64,000 nucleotides of DNA from an uncultured Verrucomicrobiae bacterium (GTDB lineage Bacteria; Verrucomicrobiota; Verrucomicrobiia; Limisphaerales; JAFGQR01): positions 32,001 through 96,000 of the forward strand of contig CAWBHS010000026.1 of assembly GCA_963788655.1 (NCBI GenBank). The letters are read 5' to 3'. Below, piece by piece: positions 63,700 through 64,000 of the stretch. Within the stretch, counting starts at the first letter, position 1. Each line of letters begins with the position of its first letter. The position numbers and the translations under genes were made by a program. The notes under the pieces were generated by a model. The model was not told where the DNA came from, did no database searches, and saw only the letters and a list, made by a program, of their open reading frames with translations.

Positions 63700-63992
63700 G
63701 GGGAACGCGCCCGCCTCGGGCGCTGCCAACCGGCACCCTCGCCGGTTGGCCCGGTAACTGATTCCAATTCGCTTTCAAGTTGAGACGAAAGCGGAACCGG
63801 ATTGGAGCGCGGACATTCTTGTCCGCTTCGGTGGGGATTGTGGTGCGCAAGCGGACAAGAATATCCGCGCTCCGTGGAAAGTCTCGTTTTGAAAGCGAAA
63901 TGGAATGAGAGGCTATTGAAGGGTTGACCAGCCGGTGGTCGAGCCGTGGTTGGCGAGGCGCCAACCACTGCGCCCGAGGCGGGCGCGCTCCC
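63700..63992. repeat. MITE/REPIN-like element containing a nested second repeat family
   Basis: Outer arms match 7112-7258 inverted; inner GGAGCGCGGACATTCTTGTCCGC...GCGGACAAGAATATCCGCGCTCC at 63804-63873. Confidence 0.8.
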
Positions 63993-64000
63993 GCCCGTGC

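Overview
A GC-rich bacterial chromosomal segment. Gene content and intergenic repeat style point to Verrucomicrobiota, probably Pedosphaerales/Limisphaerales (inference). The host is an LPS diderm, since waaA and outer-membrane barrels are present. The window holds housekeeping genes (mfd 5' part, tadA, waaA, pilT-like, coaD-yceD-rpmF-plsX-fabH, rpe-pgm, an rpoD-type sigma, comM, rluA), four tRNAs (Asp, Val, Arg, Glu), a barrel-OPX-Wzc polysaccharide export trio, several glycoside hydrolases and two surface-protein genes, one with a PEP-CTERM tail. Many conserved genes are split by single-base frameshifts, most likely long-read errors rather than pseudogenes. Two loci stand out. (1) 10809-15793: a minimal type VII secretion-like operon with three WXG100-like genes and an EssC/EccC-like FtsK ATPase, but no other T7SS parts, in an LPS-containing host. 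(2) 53612-55882: a plsY gene coupled to a GNAT N-acyltransferase/class-V aminotransferase fusion, a complete-looking candidate route to N,O-diacyl-serinol-phosphate (serinophospholipid) backbones. Also notable are an unassigned leader/attenuator at 17.0-17.2 kb, frequent leaderless-type promoters, and several REP/MITE-like families nested inside each other. All calls come from reading motifs by eye; no database search was run.
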